Assembly: GCF_000019345.1 (NCBI RefSeq)
Contig: NC_010503.1
Coordinates: 600,001-632,000, forward strand
Direction of reading: 5' to 3'
Source: Ureaplasma parvum serovar 3 str. ATCC 27815
GTDB taxonomy: Bacteria; Bacillota_I; Bacilli_A; Mycoplasmatales; Mycoplasmoidaceae
Length of the DNA: 32,000 nt
In this document: positions 1 to 12,745 of the stretch, one piece after another
How the letters are laid out: each line of letters opens with the position of its first letter
Position numbering within the stretch: position 1 is the stretch's first letter
Program-made: the position numbers and the translations under genes
Notes under the pieces: generated by a model
Told to the model about the DNA's origin: nothing
Databases searched by the model: none
The model's input: only the letters and a program-made list of their open reading frames with translations

Positions 1-3000
1 ACCAATAATTGAATTTGAAGCGTTTTTATCAAAACTAAACACATAATCATGTGTATTTGTGCTAACTAATAATGGTTGAGTTTCAAAGGTTTCGTTATTA
101 TTTTGTGATTGATAAACTAATTTTAGTTTTTTAGCATTTAAATATGGATCAATTTTATTAAATTTAGCGTTAACTTTAATTTCTTCTTTATTTGATGCGT
201 AAGTATTTTTTATAGTTTTAATACTATTAATTTCAAAAATAGGTGTACTTGTTGTAAAAATAATTGAATGTGTTTGATCATTTGAATAAAACTGATCATT
301 ATATTTGTTATTAATATGTTTATAAGCATTATTTGGTTGTTGTTTAAATTCAACACTAACTAATATATATTTAGTATTTGGTTCTAAATTATTTAACGTA
401 AAGCTAAGTTTTGTTTGGTTATTTACATTCGCAACAACACCATTAGCTACAAAAGTCTTAGTTAAATCATCACCTTTAGCAAAATGACCTATAATTTGTG
501 AATTTGGTTTAAAAATATCACCATCATTTGTACTTATAGAACAATTAATATCAGCTGATGTTGAAGTAATATTTTTAACTTCATGTGAACTAATTGTTGT
601 TGCTGATGGATTTATAACTATTTTTTTATTTGTAATTGATGAATTAATTGGAATTTGATTTGTGTTTGTGCATGCAAAATCATTATTTTGGTCTGAGAAA
701 TAAATAGCTTGGATTTCATAAGCCTTATTAGCAATTAATTTGTCATGACCAATCTCCACACTAGCTTTATTATTAGTAATTTTAAAAGCACTACTAAATT
801 GGTCATCTTGTTTAAACTTATGACCACTTACACTATATTTAACACGAATGTACTTATTGTTTAATAAATTAGAACTTAATTCAATCGGTCAACTAATCTT
901 GGTGTTTTGATCATAATCAAGATCTTGTTTATTAATTGTAACTTTATTAACTTCACAATCTAAAGCAATTTTTTGATTTATATCTTGATTATTAGTACTT
1001 AAAAGAGCTAAAGGATGTTGGGTATCATTAATTTTAGCAAATGCGGCATGAATTGGTTTATTAGCAAAACTAATTTCAAAAATACCATAATCTTGATTTA
1101 AAGTTAAATTATCAATATCAAATTCACAATAGAATTGTTTATTTTGTTGATCATATTTAATTGTAATATTGTTAATTAAATTAGCATTTTGCGTTTGATT
1201 AAATAAAGCATATTTAACATTTAATAATTCTTTTGAGCAATCAGTTGAATTTAAAATACCATCAGGATCATTAATTATATATTTAACATGTGCACTAACA
1301 GATTGATTATCTTGAACTTTTGTAATTGTAATTGTTGGTTTTTGCACATCCATTTTATTTGGCGCTAACCCTAAAGCTAATGATAGATGATTTTCATTTA
1401 AATCTTTTTTAATTTCATTGTTTGCACCCTTGTTTTTAATTGCACAAATTTCACTCAACTCATATTGATGATTAGGTGTAATTTGTGATTTTAACAATTC
1501 AAATTCATAAACTTGATTTGAATTTGAATTAATGTTATTAGAGCTTTTAATTTCAATAGCTGGTTTGTTAGGATTTGTTTTATCTACAAATTTAGCATAA
1601 ATTTCATATCCTTCAAGTTCATGGCCTTCTTTATGTAAACCAACACTAAATTTAACATTTTCGTCTTTTGCACATTCATAAACTCCATTTACTAATTTAG
1701 AGTTTGATGCTAATTTAAAATCTTTAATGAAATTATGAGCAACCTTAGTTGTTAAATCTAGTTTTTCTAATTGTTTTTTAGTAGTTTCATTATATTGAAT
1801 TGGTGATGTTTTTACATTAGGTGAATGAACATGTGTTGTGCTAATAGCACCAATTTCATAAGTTGTATTTGGTGTTAAATCCTTTAATGTAACATTAATT
1901 TTATGATTTTTAACACTAACTTCACCAGCTTTTGAACTTGTTCAAGCTTGTTCACCTTTTTTGCGATATGTAATTGTAATTTGGTCATTATCAACTAAAT
2001 TATGATCTTGATCATCATAATCGAATGATAGATGGATTTCATCATACGTATTTGATCCACTTTGAATAACATTATTAACACTAATAGGTGTAGGTTCGAT
2101 ACTAAATTTAGCATCATCTTTATTAAAATTAGGTGTTAAATCAAGTGTATTAGCGTTTTTAAAATCAGCAGTATCACTAATGATTAACTTAACAAATTCA
2201 AAATCACGATTAGCAACTAAGCTAGTTTGATTATTATTAAAACTAAATTCTTTATTAAATGGTTTTGTAGTTGTATCTGAATTCAACAATACAGGATCTG
2301 ATTCAATTTGTTGGTTATTATTATCTTTATAAACTAATTTCGCATATTTGTTTTCTAAACTAGAACCTGTTTTATTAAAACCAACCATTAACTTAATTGA
2401 TTCATTCTTGTTAAAGTTTGTTTTTGTTGGTTTAACACTATTTAAAGTTGATTTTTCTAAAGTTTTTAAATCAATATTAGTATTATGATTATTAATTGGA
2501 TAAACTATATTGTCCTTATTAACGCCATTATAGATAGTATCACTTGGTTTGCTTGTGAACCAAACTTTTTTCACTCGATATTTAGTATTAGGTTTTAAAT
2601 TAATCAGTTGGGTTTTTAATAATCATTCATTATTTTCTTTTTCTAATGTTAAATCATAATCATGCGTTGTTGAATTAATTATTTGATCATGTGCATCAAG
2701 TTCATCAATACTGATTTTAGCGATTTTTAGATGGTTATTCTTATCTTCAAAAATTTGGTCATTTGAATGTAACAATAAACTTAAAGTGATTTTATTTTCA
2801 TCTGCATTTTGTGCTTTTAAATCAACATACGTACTTGATGGTTTAGTGCTTATTGTTTGTGGGTTTACATTATTTTTAATAACTACCATATTTGCATGAT
2901 TTTCATCAACATTAACATCTTTTGAATAGTATAAAGCAGCAAAAGTGTATAAACGATTTGAAATAAGTTGGTTTTGGTTTAATTCAAAATTTAAAGCAAT

Positions 3001-6000
3001 ATTATTTTTATTATTACCTATATTAGTTGGCGCAGGGATTGTATTAGTTCAAACGACACGATTATCATTACTAATATATTTTGCTTTAAAATGATATCCT
3101 TGAATTGTTTCAACTCGTGAATCTAAATTAATACTAATATTTTGTTTATTTGCTACATCAACATCAGTTAAGTTATTACTAAAACTTGCAATAGCAAATT
3201 TATTTGTAAATACGTATGTTTGTGTTGTATTAACACTAGCATCATAAACAACATTGTTTGGTTCTTTATAATCATTTTTAAAATTAATTTTATAAACACC
3301 ATTACCAACATCTTGGTTTTCATCAAAGTAGATTTTATAAACTTTATATTCTTTGTTAACTTTAATGTTATTAAGATTAGCAACAAAGAATTTTTGCCCA
3401 TCAATAATTTCTACTTTACCTTCATGTTCGCTAATCTCATTTAAATTAGCACCATTATTTTCATTTGGTTGAATATTAAACTTAAAGGTTTGATTTTCTT
3501 TTAAAACATCATCAAAATCATTGATAGCAAATTTTAGTTGTACTTTTGCACCATTATCACTAATTTCTTTAATTGGTGCACCAATAATCCCTAATGGTTT
3601 AGTTGGTAATAATTTAAAAGTTTTATTAAGATTTTCATATATTCATAGATCAATATAATCACTTTCACTAACGTTGCTTTGATTAAAATCTTTATTTTTA
3701 AGATAAACGACACGCTCTAAAGTGTATTCGCGATTACGTAATAAATCTTTAAATTCTCATTCATAATTTGCGTCATTTGCTGATGTAACTTTATGAATAA
3801 ATGAAATTTGCTTACCATCATTTTTACGTTTGAAAATAAATTTGATATCTTTATTAAATAAAGAAGCGCCAATGTTTTCGATTCGTAAATTTATTTTTAA
3901 ATCTGCTGTGTTTTTATTTTCATGATAAACAGGATCCATACTTAGACTTGTTATTTTAAAAACAGGGGCAAGAGTATAAAAACCAATTGGTCCTGATGGT
4001 AGTTCAAAAATGATAGGAGAAACATTCTTGGTTTTTTGATTCTTAATTGTAACACTCACAATTTCATAATCAAGACCAGCAATTAAATTAGTTGCCATAC
4101 ATTTTGTATATCTTTTATCTTGATCACTAATTGTAGCTGGGGTTGAAATAATATTTTGTGTTCCTTTAATACGATAATTGATATTAATTTCATCACCGCT
4201 ATGTAGTTGATTATCACTATCATCTAAAATTAATTTAATCAAGGCCTGGTTTTGTCATACATCAATAGCGTTTTTGCTAACTTTAATTTTTGCTGGCGTA
4301 GTACTAAAGCTTGAATTAACTAAAGAGGGATTTAAAGCTAAAATATTTTTTTGTTCATTAATAGCATCAAAATTTTGTTCATCACCATAAACAACTTTTA
4401 ATAAACGATAAAGGTGATTTGGTTTTAAATTACTAAAACTAAAATTTTGTAAACTAATTAAATTAGTTTGGTCTAATTTATTAACTAAAAGATCGTTTGT
4501 ACTTATTAGTTGGTGTTCATTGTCCTCAAATACTACTTTAACATATTTATTATTAAGCTTATTATTGTTCTTAATAATATTAATATTGAATTTAACATCA
4601 TATATGCCATTATTATTTTTTGGATAAGCATCTGCTAAATTACTAATTTCATTAACAATTGATTTTGATAATGTATGAATAGTTTTTTGATTATCTTCAA
4701 TATTGTTTAAAAGAATTTCATTATTATTGTTGTTATTAATATTAACATTAGCTAATTGTGGTTTTTGTTTTAAACTAACACTTGTTAAACGATAAGTATG
4801 ATCTGCTAATAAATTAGTAATTACCCCTGAAGCACTAAAACTATGTTCATCTTTTTTAACTAATGTTGTTTGTGTTTTTAAAACTGGTTGGTTTTTATCT
4901 ACTAAATTTTCAAAACATAATTCAACAAGCATTCCAGGTTCTAAAACTTGATCATCATTATTAATGTTAAAATCATAATTAAATTGATCTTCATCAACAT
5001 TGTGTGTTTTAAATTCTAATAGTTGGGTAGTTGAAGCTAAAGTACTAAAATCATAAGTTTTTGAATGCTCTTTTACAAAAATCTTCTTACCTTGGGTTTC
5101 ATCATTATTTTGATTTTGATCATTAAAATAATAAATTCCTGCAAAATTGTATTTACGATTAGGTGTTAAATGATTGAAATTTAAATTAATATGTGCTAAA
5201 TCAACATTATTTACACTAGCATAATCACTTCAAATTTTTTGGTGGTTATTATCAATATATAAAGCTCGTAAATATTGGTCTTTTAATAAGTTTTGACTAG
5301 ATTTTAATTCAACATCAATGCTTGCAGTAGGATTTAAATTTGTATTAGGTTGATTAACATTAATGTTGTTAACAAATAATTCGTTTGTAAAACTTAGAAT
5401 TTTACTTGGATTTGAACTAGCATCATAAATACTATTTTTATTAGAATTATTACTAATAGCATTGGCAGGTTGAATTTTATTTTTTGTTGCATAATTAATA
5501 TTATCAACAATGTATTTATGATTTGGTTGAATTTTAAATGTGTTAGTGTTTTCTACACTAAATTCAAGTGTTTTATTATTATTAGCGTCAACATTGATTT
5601 TACCAATAACATTATGAGTTGTTTTATCTTTTTCATCATGGAATGTAATTTCTAAAATACTATCTTGTTCTAAAAAATCATTAGGATCATTTATTTGAAG
5701 TTTTAAATTAATTTTATTTAAATTTGAATCTGGTTTGCGAACTAGTTTAGTATCTATTGTTAATTGCTCGTTAACTGATGCTGTTTTAAAAGTGTTTGTA
5801 ATTTTTTGATTATTTAAAAAACTAAATTTATAATCATTTTGATTAGGTTCAGTATAAATCAGTTTTTTAAATGAATAAATACGATTATGTTTTAAATCAT
5901 CTAAATTAAAATCATATTCATTAACACCATAATTTAAAACAACAAAGTTATTAGATACTAAATCATGTTCCCCATCGTTATACACAATTTTAGCTTTACA

Positions 6001-9000
6001 ATTATTTAAACTTGTTCCATCATTATTAATAACAATATGAACACTATTAGTTTTTACATTCGCATCTACTACATCACTTGCAGTAACACTAACTAAATCA
6101 AAACTTGCTTTTGGAGTACTAAAACCTGGTGTTTTTTGTGAATCAATTAATACATGATTATCATCACTATTATTAACATTAAAAGCACCTAATACTGGTT
6201 TTTGTCTAAATTTAACAGATTTGATCTGATAATTAACTTCTGGGCTTAAATTATTTGCATGAATTTTAACGCCTCACGTTTTTGTTATATCATCATATTC
6301 TAAATTAGATGTAAACATTAAATCATTTTTCGTATTATCTTTATTGCCAATAGTAACATCAATAACTTGATCTTTTGCAAAAATATCATCGGTTGACACT
6401 AATGGTAAATATAAATCCGCACTAGCAGGAGTGATGTTATTAATAGTTACTTTTGGTGAATTAAGATTGATTTTTGAAGCTGTTTGAATTTGTAAAGGTG
6501 TTATATTGTTCATATTAACCTTATTAGCTGATGTTATCTTAACAGTATTAACATCTTTGAAATAATATAACCCATCAAATTTATAAATACGGTTTGATTT
6601 TAATGCATTTTTGTCTGGTAAATTAAATTCATATTCATTATTAACATTATTAATTGAAACAGGATCAGATCAAACAACATCACCATTATTATCAATATAC
6701 TTTAGTTTTAAATAGTATTCATTCATTAAATTCAATGAACGTTTAAGGGTTAATTTAACTTTATAATTTAAAACATTTGTTTTTACATCTGTTATATTTG
6801 GCTCATAATTATAAGTATTAACTAATAATTCATTACCAAATTCACTCAATTGTGGTTGAGAATTATTTAACTCATAAACTTGTTCATGATTTTCATTTTG
6901 ATTAAAAGCAGCGTTGATTGGTTTATTAATCAACGTGATATTGTTAATATGATATTTATGGTTTAATGAAACATTAGGAACATCAAACTCTAAATTACGA
7001 TTCCCGTTTTGATCAATCACTATTTTTTGATTATCTGCATCAAAAAGATTATTAGGATCATCTAAATCACTAATTTTAATAGTAAATGAACTACCATCAC
7101 TGTCAACTAAGACATGATCATTATCAACTAATGGAATTGATAATCTAATACTATCATCAGTACGTTTAATTACTTGTAAACTATTATTTTTTAAACTAAT
7201 AATTCCTGTTGGTTCTGTTTTAAAACCATGACTTAAATCAGTGCTATTTTTTATCACCGCATCAGTGCTTTGTAAATCATTTTGATCTTGTGCATATATT
7301 AATTTAACAAATTTATAAACACGATTTGATAAAAAACCATTTGGTTTATTATTTGTTAATGTGAATTTATAGTTACTATTGCCAACATTTAATAATAAAG
7401 GTTGAGATAAACAAACTTCATTATCTTTACTAATATAAACTAATTGGGCTCAAACGTTATTTAATGTTTTATCTTTTTGTGAGAAAACAATTTTTACATT
7501 AACATCAAGTTTATTTTCATCTTTTTTAATTACTTCATTTGAACTAATTGATTCAATATATGTTCCAATTAATTTCGTACTAAATTGATTATGTTTTTGA
7601 TCAAAAGGGGCAAATACAACTTTTTGATACGCATCATTTGCTAAACCTAAGGCCTTTAATTCTAACAATTCATAATTATTATTAGATACTAAATTATTAA
7701 GTTCAAATTCTAACGTACCACTTTTGTTGGTTTTGTTAATTCCTTTAACATACCCTATTGTTTTATAAACTTGTTGATTATTCTTATTTAAATAAGTTAA
7801 TTCAACTGGGTTACCAATTCTTAATTTTTGATCTTGATCTACAAAATCAATTGCTATTCGTGCATCTTGTGATTTAATAATTTGTTTAGGATTGTTAACA
7901 TCAAAATTAACTATAGTAGCATGTGGAGTTGTACCAAAAATTAATGGAGTTTTAATTGGAGTTGAATAATGAATTTTATTGTTGTTTTCATCATTAAAAC
8001 CCAACAATAAATATTTACTATTGCCTTTTAAATTTTGCAAATGTGCTACATAATTTTTTTTCACTAAATCATAATTTAGGTTAGCAACTAAATCTGGTTC
8101 TAATGCGTTATTATTTTCATCTAATAAACGATAAGTAATTGTTTTGGGGTGCTTATTAGTTGTACTAATATTTAAATTTAATTTAGTTGCATTAGGATCA
8201 GTATCATATTGATGATAATCCTCTAATACCAATGTATTAGTAGAAAAAATTCTAAATGTATAACCAATAACTTGATCTTTAATAATATTGATTTTAGTTT
8301 GACTATGAGCTTCAGCGTTTAAATCAGTAAGATTTAAATTATTATTTTTAAAAACTAAATTTTTAATGTAATAAGCAGTATCTGTTTGTAAATGATTAAA
8401 ATCAAAAACTAAACTATTATTTTTATAATCAATTAAGCCATAAGCACTAACACAATGTTTTGGATCGTTTTTTAAAGCAAGTGTTAATTTTAATCGTTCA
8501 TTTAAAGCTAATTTATTAGGGTCATTAACTGTTAAAATTAAAGTTGTGGGTTTGTTTTGAATAACACTAGGATTTTTAACAATAATTTTACGGCCCAGAT
8601 CAACTTCATTATTTAATGTTTTAACTGAATTATCAACATCATCTGAACTAATAATTGTTTCTTTAGGAATGTGATATTCATCTTCTATGCTAATTGAATC
8701 AAAATGATAAATCTTATCTTTTGTAAAATTAGGGTTGTTTGATAGATCAATTTGTAGTTGGTGTTTATTATTAACAATTGCAGGAATTTTTATCAAATTA
8801 CCATCAACATCTTGGTAATTAACAAAAACGTCTTCGCCTTCTTCAACATTTTTTGGCACATCAAAAACTAATTGGTTATTAACAATTTTACCAATATTTA
8901 GTTTGTTAACAATAATTTGTTTTTGATCCAAATCAGCAACATTAATTACTTTTTGACCATCATATTTAAGAGCAATTAGTTGATATTTATGATGGTTAGG

Positions 9001-11358
9001 TAAAACCTCATCACTAGTTATAAATCGTGTTTGACCTAATGAATCAATAATAGTTTTTGCTTTAACATGATATTCTTTTTGATTTTCATCAATAAAAGTT
9101 GCATCTAATGAACGATTAAACAAATTCTTATCAAAAGTTAGTAGGTTTAAATTTTTATTTGCATCTTGTTTAATAATTGCAAGTGGTTTAATAATGCTAA
9201 TTCTGTTTAAAGGATTAATTTCGTTTGAATTTAATAAAATTTGCTCATGCTTGTTTTTATCAACAATATTTAACAATTGATAGTGGTGGTTTGCATCTAA
9301 ATCTTTTGTGTTAATACTTATTTTATTCTTATTTAAATCAACTTTAGTAGGAACAAAATAATCTTTATTATTTTCATCAATAAAATGAGCAACAGCATCT
9401 TGAGTTGTTATTTTATTTAAATTATCATTAATGTCAATAATTAAATTTCCTAAATCATCATAGGTGTATGTATTTAATTGTTGTAATTTATTTACATCGA
9501 CTTTTTCTAATAATCTATCTTTTCTATCTAAATCATTAACATTAACGATTGGTTGATTATTAACATTAGTAATTTTAGTCAATGTATAAGTGTGATTATT
9601 AGGTAGTAAATGATCATCATTTGTTCTTAAAATTAATTCTTGTTGATCATTTAATTTACCAGTTAATTGATAAGGATGATGATTTTCATCTTCAAAAGTT
9701 AAGACAACAGACTTATTAGCTAAATCAGGGTTTAAAAGTTGAATTTTATAATTATTATCTTCTAATGCCCCAACAATCGCAGCTGGTTTACTAAACTTTG
9801 TTTTTTGATTAATTGCAAGTTCATAATCATTTAAAACATTTGTTTCTGGCTCTTCTAAACTAATAACATGTTTTAGTTTATATGTATGATTTAAGTTTAA
9901 ATCAGAAGTGTTAATTACAATATTGCCATTTAGATCAACCTTTGTCAACACTTTATGTTCATTATTTTTTTCATCAATAAACACGGCTTCAACTTGATCA
10001 TTAGCGAATTGTTTAGAATCTACTTTAGCATTAAAAATTAAATTCCCTTTATCATCATAATGATATGGATCATTTAATGCATTAGTGTTTAATTTATTAA
10101 TAGTTTTAGCACTTTCATTTAAATCATCTAAGTTAGCAACGCGTTTTGCTGGAGAGGTATTATTAATGCTAATATTATCTAGTTTATATAAGTGTCCATC
10201 TTTTAAATTGTTTAAATCTACAGTAATTTCACCATTATTAACCTTAGCAATAATATTGGTTTTATCGTGGTTTTCGTTTTCAAAACTAAGTGTTAATAAT
10301 CGATCATTTAAACTTGAATCAACTTGAATATGAAGTGCTTTTTGTAAACCATTTTTATCAGTTTCAATTTTTATTTTATTTGGTTTATGGACAATATTTT
10401 GATGTGCCGCATCTAATTTATTAGGTTTTATAACATCATGATTATCCTTATCAACAATTTGAATTAGTTTATAATCATGGTGATTTTCTAAATCTTTTGT
10501 TAATAAACGCACAAGACCATCAGTACCAACTATTGCCTTTAAAGTGTGTAATTGGTGTTTTTCATCTTCAAATAAGGCATTAATATTTTGATTAGCTAAA
10601 TTTTGTGAAACACGTGCGTTAATAATAACGTTTCCTTGATCATCAAAACTGCGTGTTTTATCAATACCACGAATGGGTTCACTAATTTCATCTAAATTAA
10701 CAATTTTTGTGTTTTTATTATCTTCTTTTAAAGTTAAACCTACGAATTTATAAAAATTTCCTAAAGGTAGTTGTTTAGTTCCAACAATTACATTACCATT
10801 ATGATCAACCTGAATATTTTGAATATATTTAGCATTATTTTGATTAATAAAATGCGCAGTCAAATACTGATTACTCAATTCATGGTTTAATTTAATTTCA
10901 AAAAATTTATCGCCTTCTTTATTAAAATTAACTTTAAAGACATTAGGACGATCGACAAGTATTTTTTGTTGCCATACCAACTCATTATTATTGATTAATG
11001 TATTATTATTTTCATCAACAATACGATCTAAAACTCAAGAATTATTCAAACCTAAACTCGTTGTGTCAATTCGTGCTACTTCTTTATTTCTTGTAATTAA
11101 AACTGAAGTTTCCTTGCCTAATTTATCTTTAAAAATCGCATAAATCTTTTGGTTAATATCATTATCTCTTGTAAATAAACGAACCTTAATAATTAAATTA
11201 CCATCTTTTGTATATTCATAGTATTTACTAAAAATTTGATTGGAATGCTGATTTGCGAAACGTAATACAATTCCTGTAATTACACCAGCTCAAATTAAAG
11301 AACTAATTGTAAGTCCAGTAGCTATTTTGGCATTACGTTTTTTATTTTTATTATTCAT
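1..11358 (-). CDS. Giant membrane-anchored modular surface protein. The 5' end is complete and the 3' end lies beyond the window (at least 3,786 codons).
   Basis: Nine minus-strand track ORFs (889-1497, 1942-2574, 2623-2889, 3757-4242, 4255-4932, 5230-5985, 6274-6513, 6670-7257, 7450-10980) share one frame (upper coordinate divisible by 3). I hand-translated the gaps 1-888, 1498-1941, 2890-3756, 7258-7449 and 10981-11358 and found only TGA, never TAA or TAG. The ATG is at 11358. The N-terminus MNNKNKKRNAKIATGLTISSLIWAGVITGIVL has a basic stretch followed by a hydrophobic anchor. The body carries a recurring L-x-(P/S)-N-(H/R)-x-Y-x-(L/F) motif. Confidence 0.8.
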
Positions 11359-11402
11359 AAATAATCATCTCTTTTTTATAAAATTTTCCTGTTTTTCAGT
11401 CT

Positions 11403-11420
11403 AAAAAAAAAAAAAAAAAA
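11403..11420. repeat. A18 homopolymer (T18 on the sense strand of the giant gene) in the divergent intergenic region.
   Basis: Counted directly: 8 A at 11403-11410 plus 10 A at 11411-11420, flanked by ct and c. It lies 45 nt upstream of the ATG at 11358 and 166 nt upstream of the ATG at 11586. Confidence 0.95.
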
Positions 11421-11455
11421 CTAATTTATTTTGTGTAAACTGTTAAACTACACAA

Positions 11456-11464
11456 ATTATACCA
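11456..11464 (-). promoter_or_regulatory. Candidate extended -10 box (TGGTATAAT) for the giant gene.
   Basis: The reverse complement of attatacca at 11456-11464 reads TGGTATAAT. If this box is used, the T18 tract falls in the 5' leader. This is motif-only evidence. Confidence 0.35.
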
Positions 11465-11585
11465 TTTATCCGCTTGCTCTCTTGTTACAAAATACACAAA
11501 TAATGTAAGTTTTTACTATATTGAAAATATCTTTGGTTATAATTTAATTTGATAATAAATTTAAATTTTATGATAGGTTAAAAAT

Positions 11586-12719
11586 ATGAAAAAAAACACA
11601 CATAAGAAACTTTTGCCTTTAATTTCTATTTTTGTTTTAATCCCTTTGAGTTCACTTGTTGTAATGTGTTCAAAAACTAAAACAAAAATAGTAAAAGAAC
11701 AAAAGCAAATTACTGCTTCATCGTTAAGATCTACTGATATTGATTTAACATCAATTAACCTTGAAATCTATTTTGCTAAATTTGATGTTAATGATATTTT
11801 AGTTAAAAAATTCAGCATTGAATTAGAAGATGATAAGGGAAATAAGATAAATGTTGATATAAATCCCGAATATAACAAAAATTTACAAATGCTAAGTTTT
11901 AAATTAGAAAACTTAAAACCAAACACTACATATAAAATTACAAAGTTTAATATCACAGGACATGAGGTTGATCTAACTCAAATAAAAGATTCATTATTCA
12001 CTACTAAAGCTGAGAATCTTTTACCTGATATCCCTAATTTACCTAATAGTGTTGGTATTGAAATTAAAGATATTAAAACTAATTCACTTAGCAATGATGC
12101 AACAAAAGTGAATGTTAATGTCAATTTAGAAATTAACCAATCAACATTAGAAAATCAATATGCCCGATTAGTTTATAAAAGCAATGATAATTCTTGAAAG
12201 CTATCAAATACTTTAAAAATTGCTGAAATTAAAAATAGTAATTTTGTTTTAGATGGTTTAATATCAAACCGTAAATATCTTTTTAAAGAATTAATTATTG
12301 GAAGCCAAAGTGATTTAAATTTAACTAATGCGCAAACTAAAATAACTACTAATAATGAGCTAAGTTTCACTACAGCTCCAAAACCTGTTGAAATAAAAAG
12401 TGTTTTAATTGATACAAAATTTGATAATCATCCAAGTAGTTTAATTAATTTGAAGTTTAATGATAGTGAGAATAATTTAAAAGAAAATGATATTTTAAAA
12501 ATTAAATATAAAAAAGTAGGACCAAATGAAGTCATCTTTGAAAAAACAGTTCGATTAGCTAATAATTTTGAACTATTATTTGAAATTGAAAATACAAAAA
12601 AGAATGAAAAATATGAAATCTTAAGTTTAGAATCAAACACTAAACATGGATATAATGTTGCACCAAGTATATTTAATTTTATTTCTAATGATTTACGCAC
12701 TTTTGAAATCAAAGGTTAA
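11586..12719 (+). CDS. Putative lipoprotein (377 aa) carrying the same module and motif as the giant protein.
   Basis: Track ORFs 11586-12197 and 12450-12719 are in the same frame. I translated the intervening stretch and it is open except for TGA at 12195. The signal peptide MKKNTHKKLLPLISIFVLIPLSSLVVMC has Cys at residue 28, a relaxed lipobox. Motifs seen: LKPNTTYKITKF, SNRKYLFKELII, NEKYEILSLE. The stop TAA is at 12717-12719. Confidence 0.8.
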
Positions 12720-12745
12720 TTTGAATAAAAATCTAGTTACTCATT

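Noticed and set aside
3168-3444. Track ORFs 3168-3404 (-) and 3220-3444 (+). The same applies to 5470-5655 (+) and 10085-10327 (+).
   Set aside because: They are off-frame or antisense to the giant gene. Their I/F/L/N/K-rich low-complexity translations are typical of AT-rich shadow frames, and they have no ribosome-binding sites.
889-10980. The nine minus-strand track ORFs read as separate genes.
   Set aside because: They share one frame and none has a signal peptide or ribosome-binding context. The separators I checked are all TGA (Trp in this genome). Several listed starts are TTG or GTG codons inside the continuous reading frame.
11403-11455. The A18 tract plus the nearby hairpin (11431-11455) read as an intrinsic terminator on the minus strand.
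   Set aside because: The T-run is separated from the stem by 10 nt, the stem is a weak AT-rich 7-mer, and no gene ends upstream of it on that strand.
11768-12712. Track ORFs 11768-11956, 12173-12370 and 12428-12712 (-).
   Set aside because: They are antisense to the lipoprotein CDS and give hydrophobic, low-complexity shadow-frame products.
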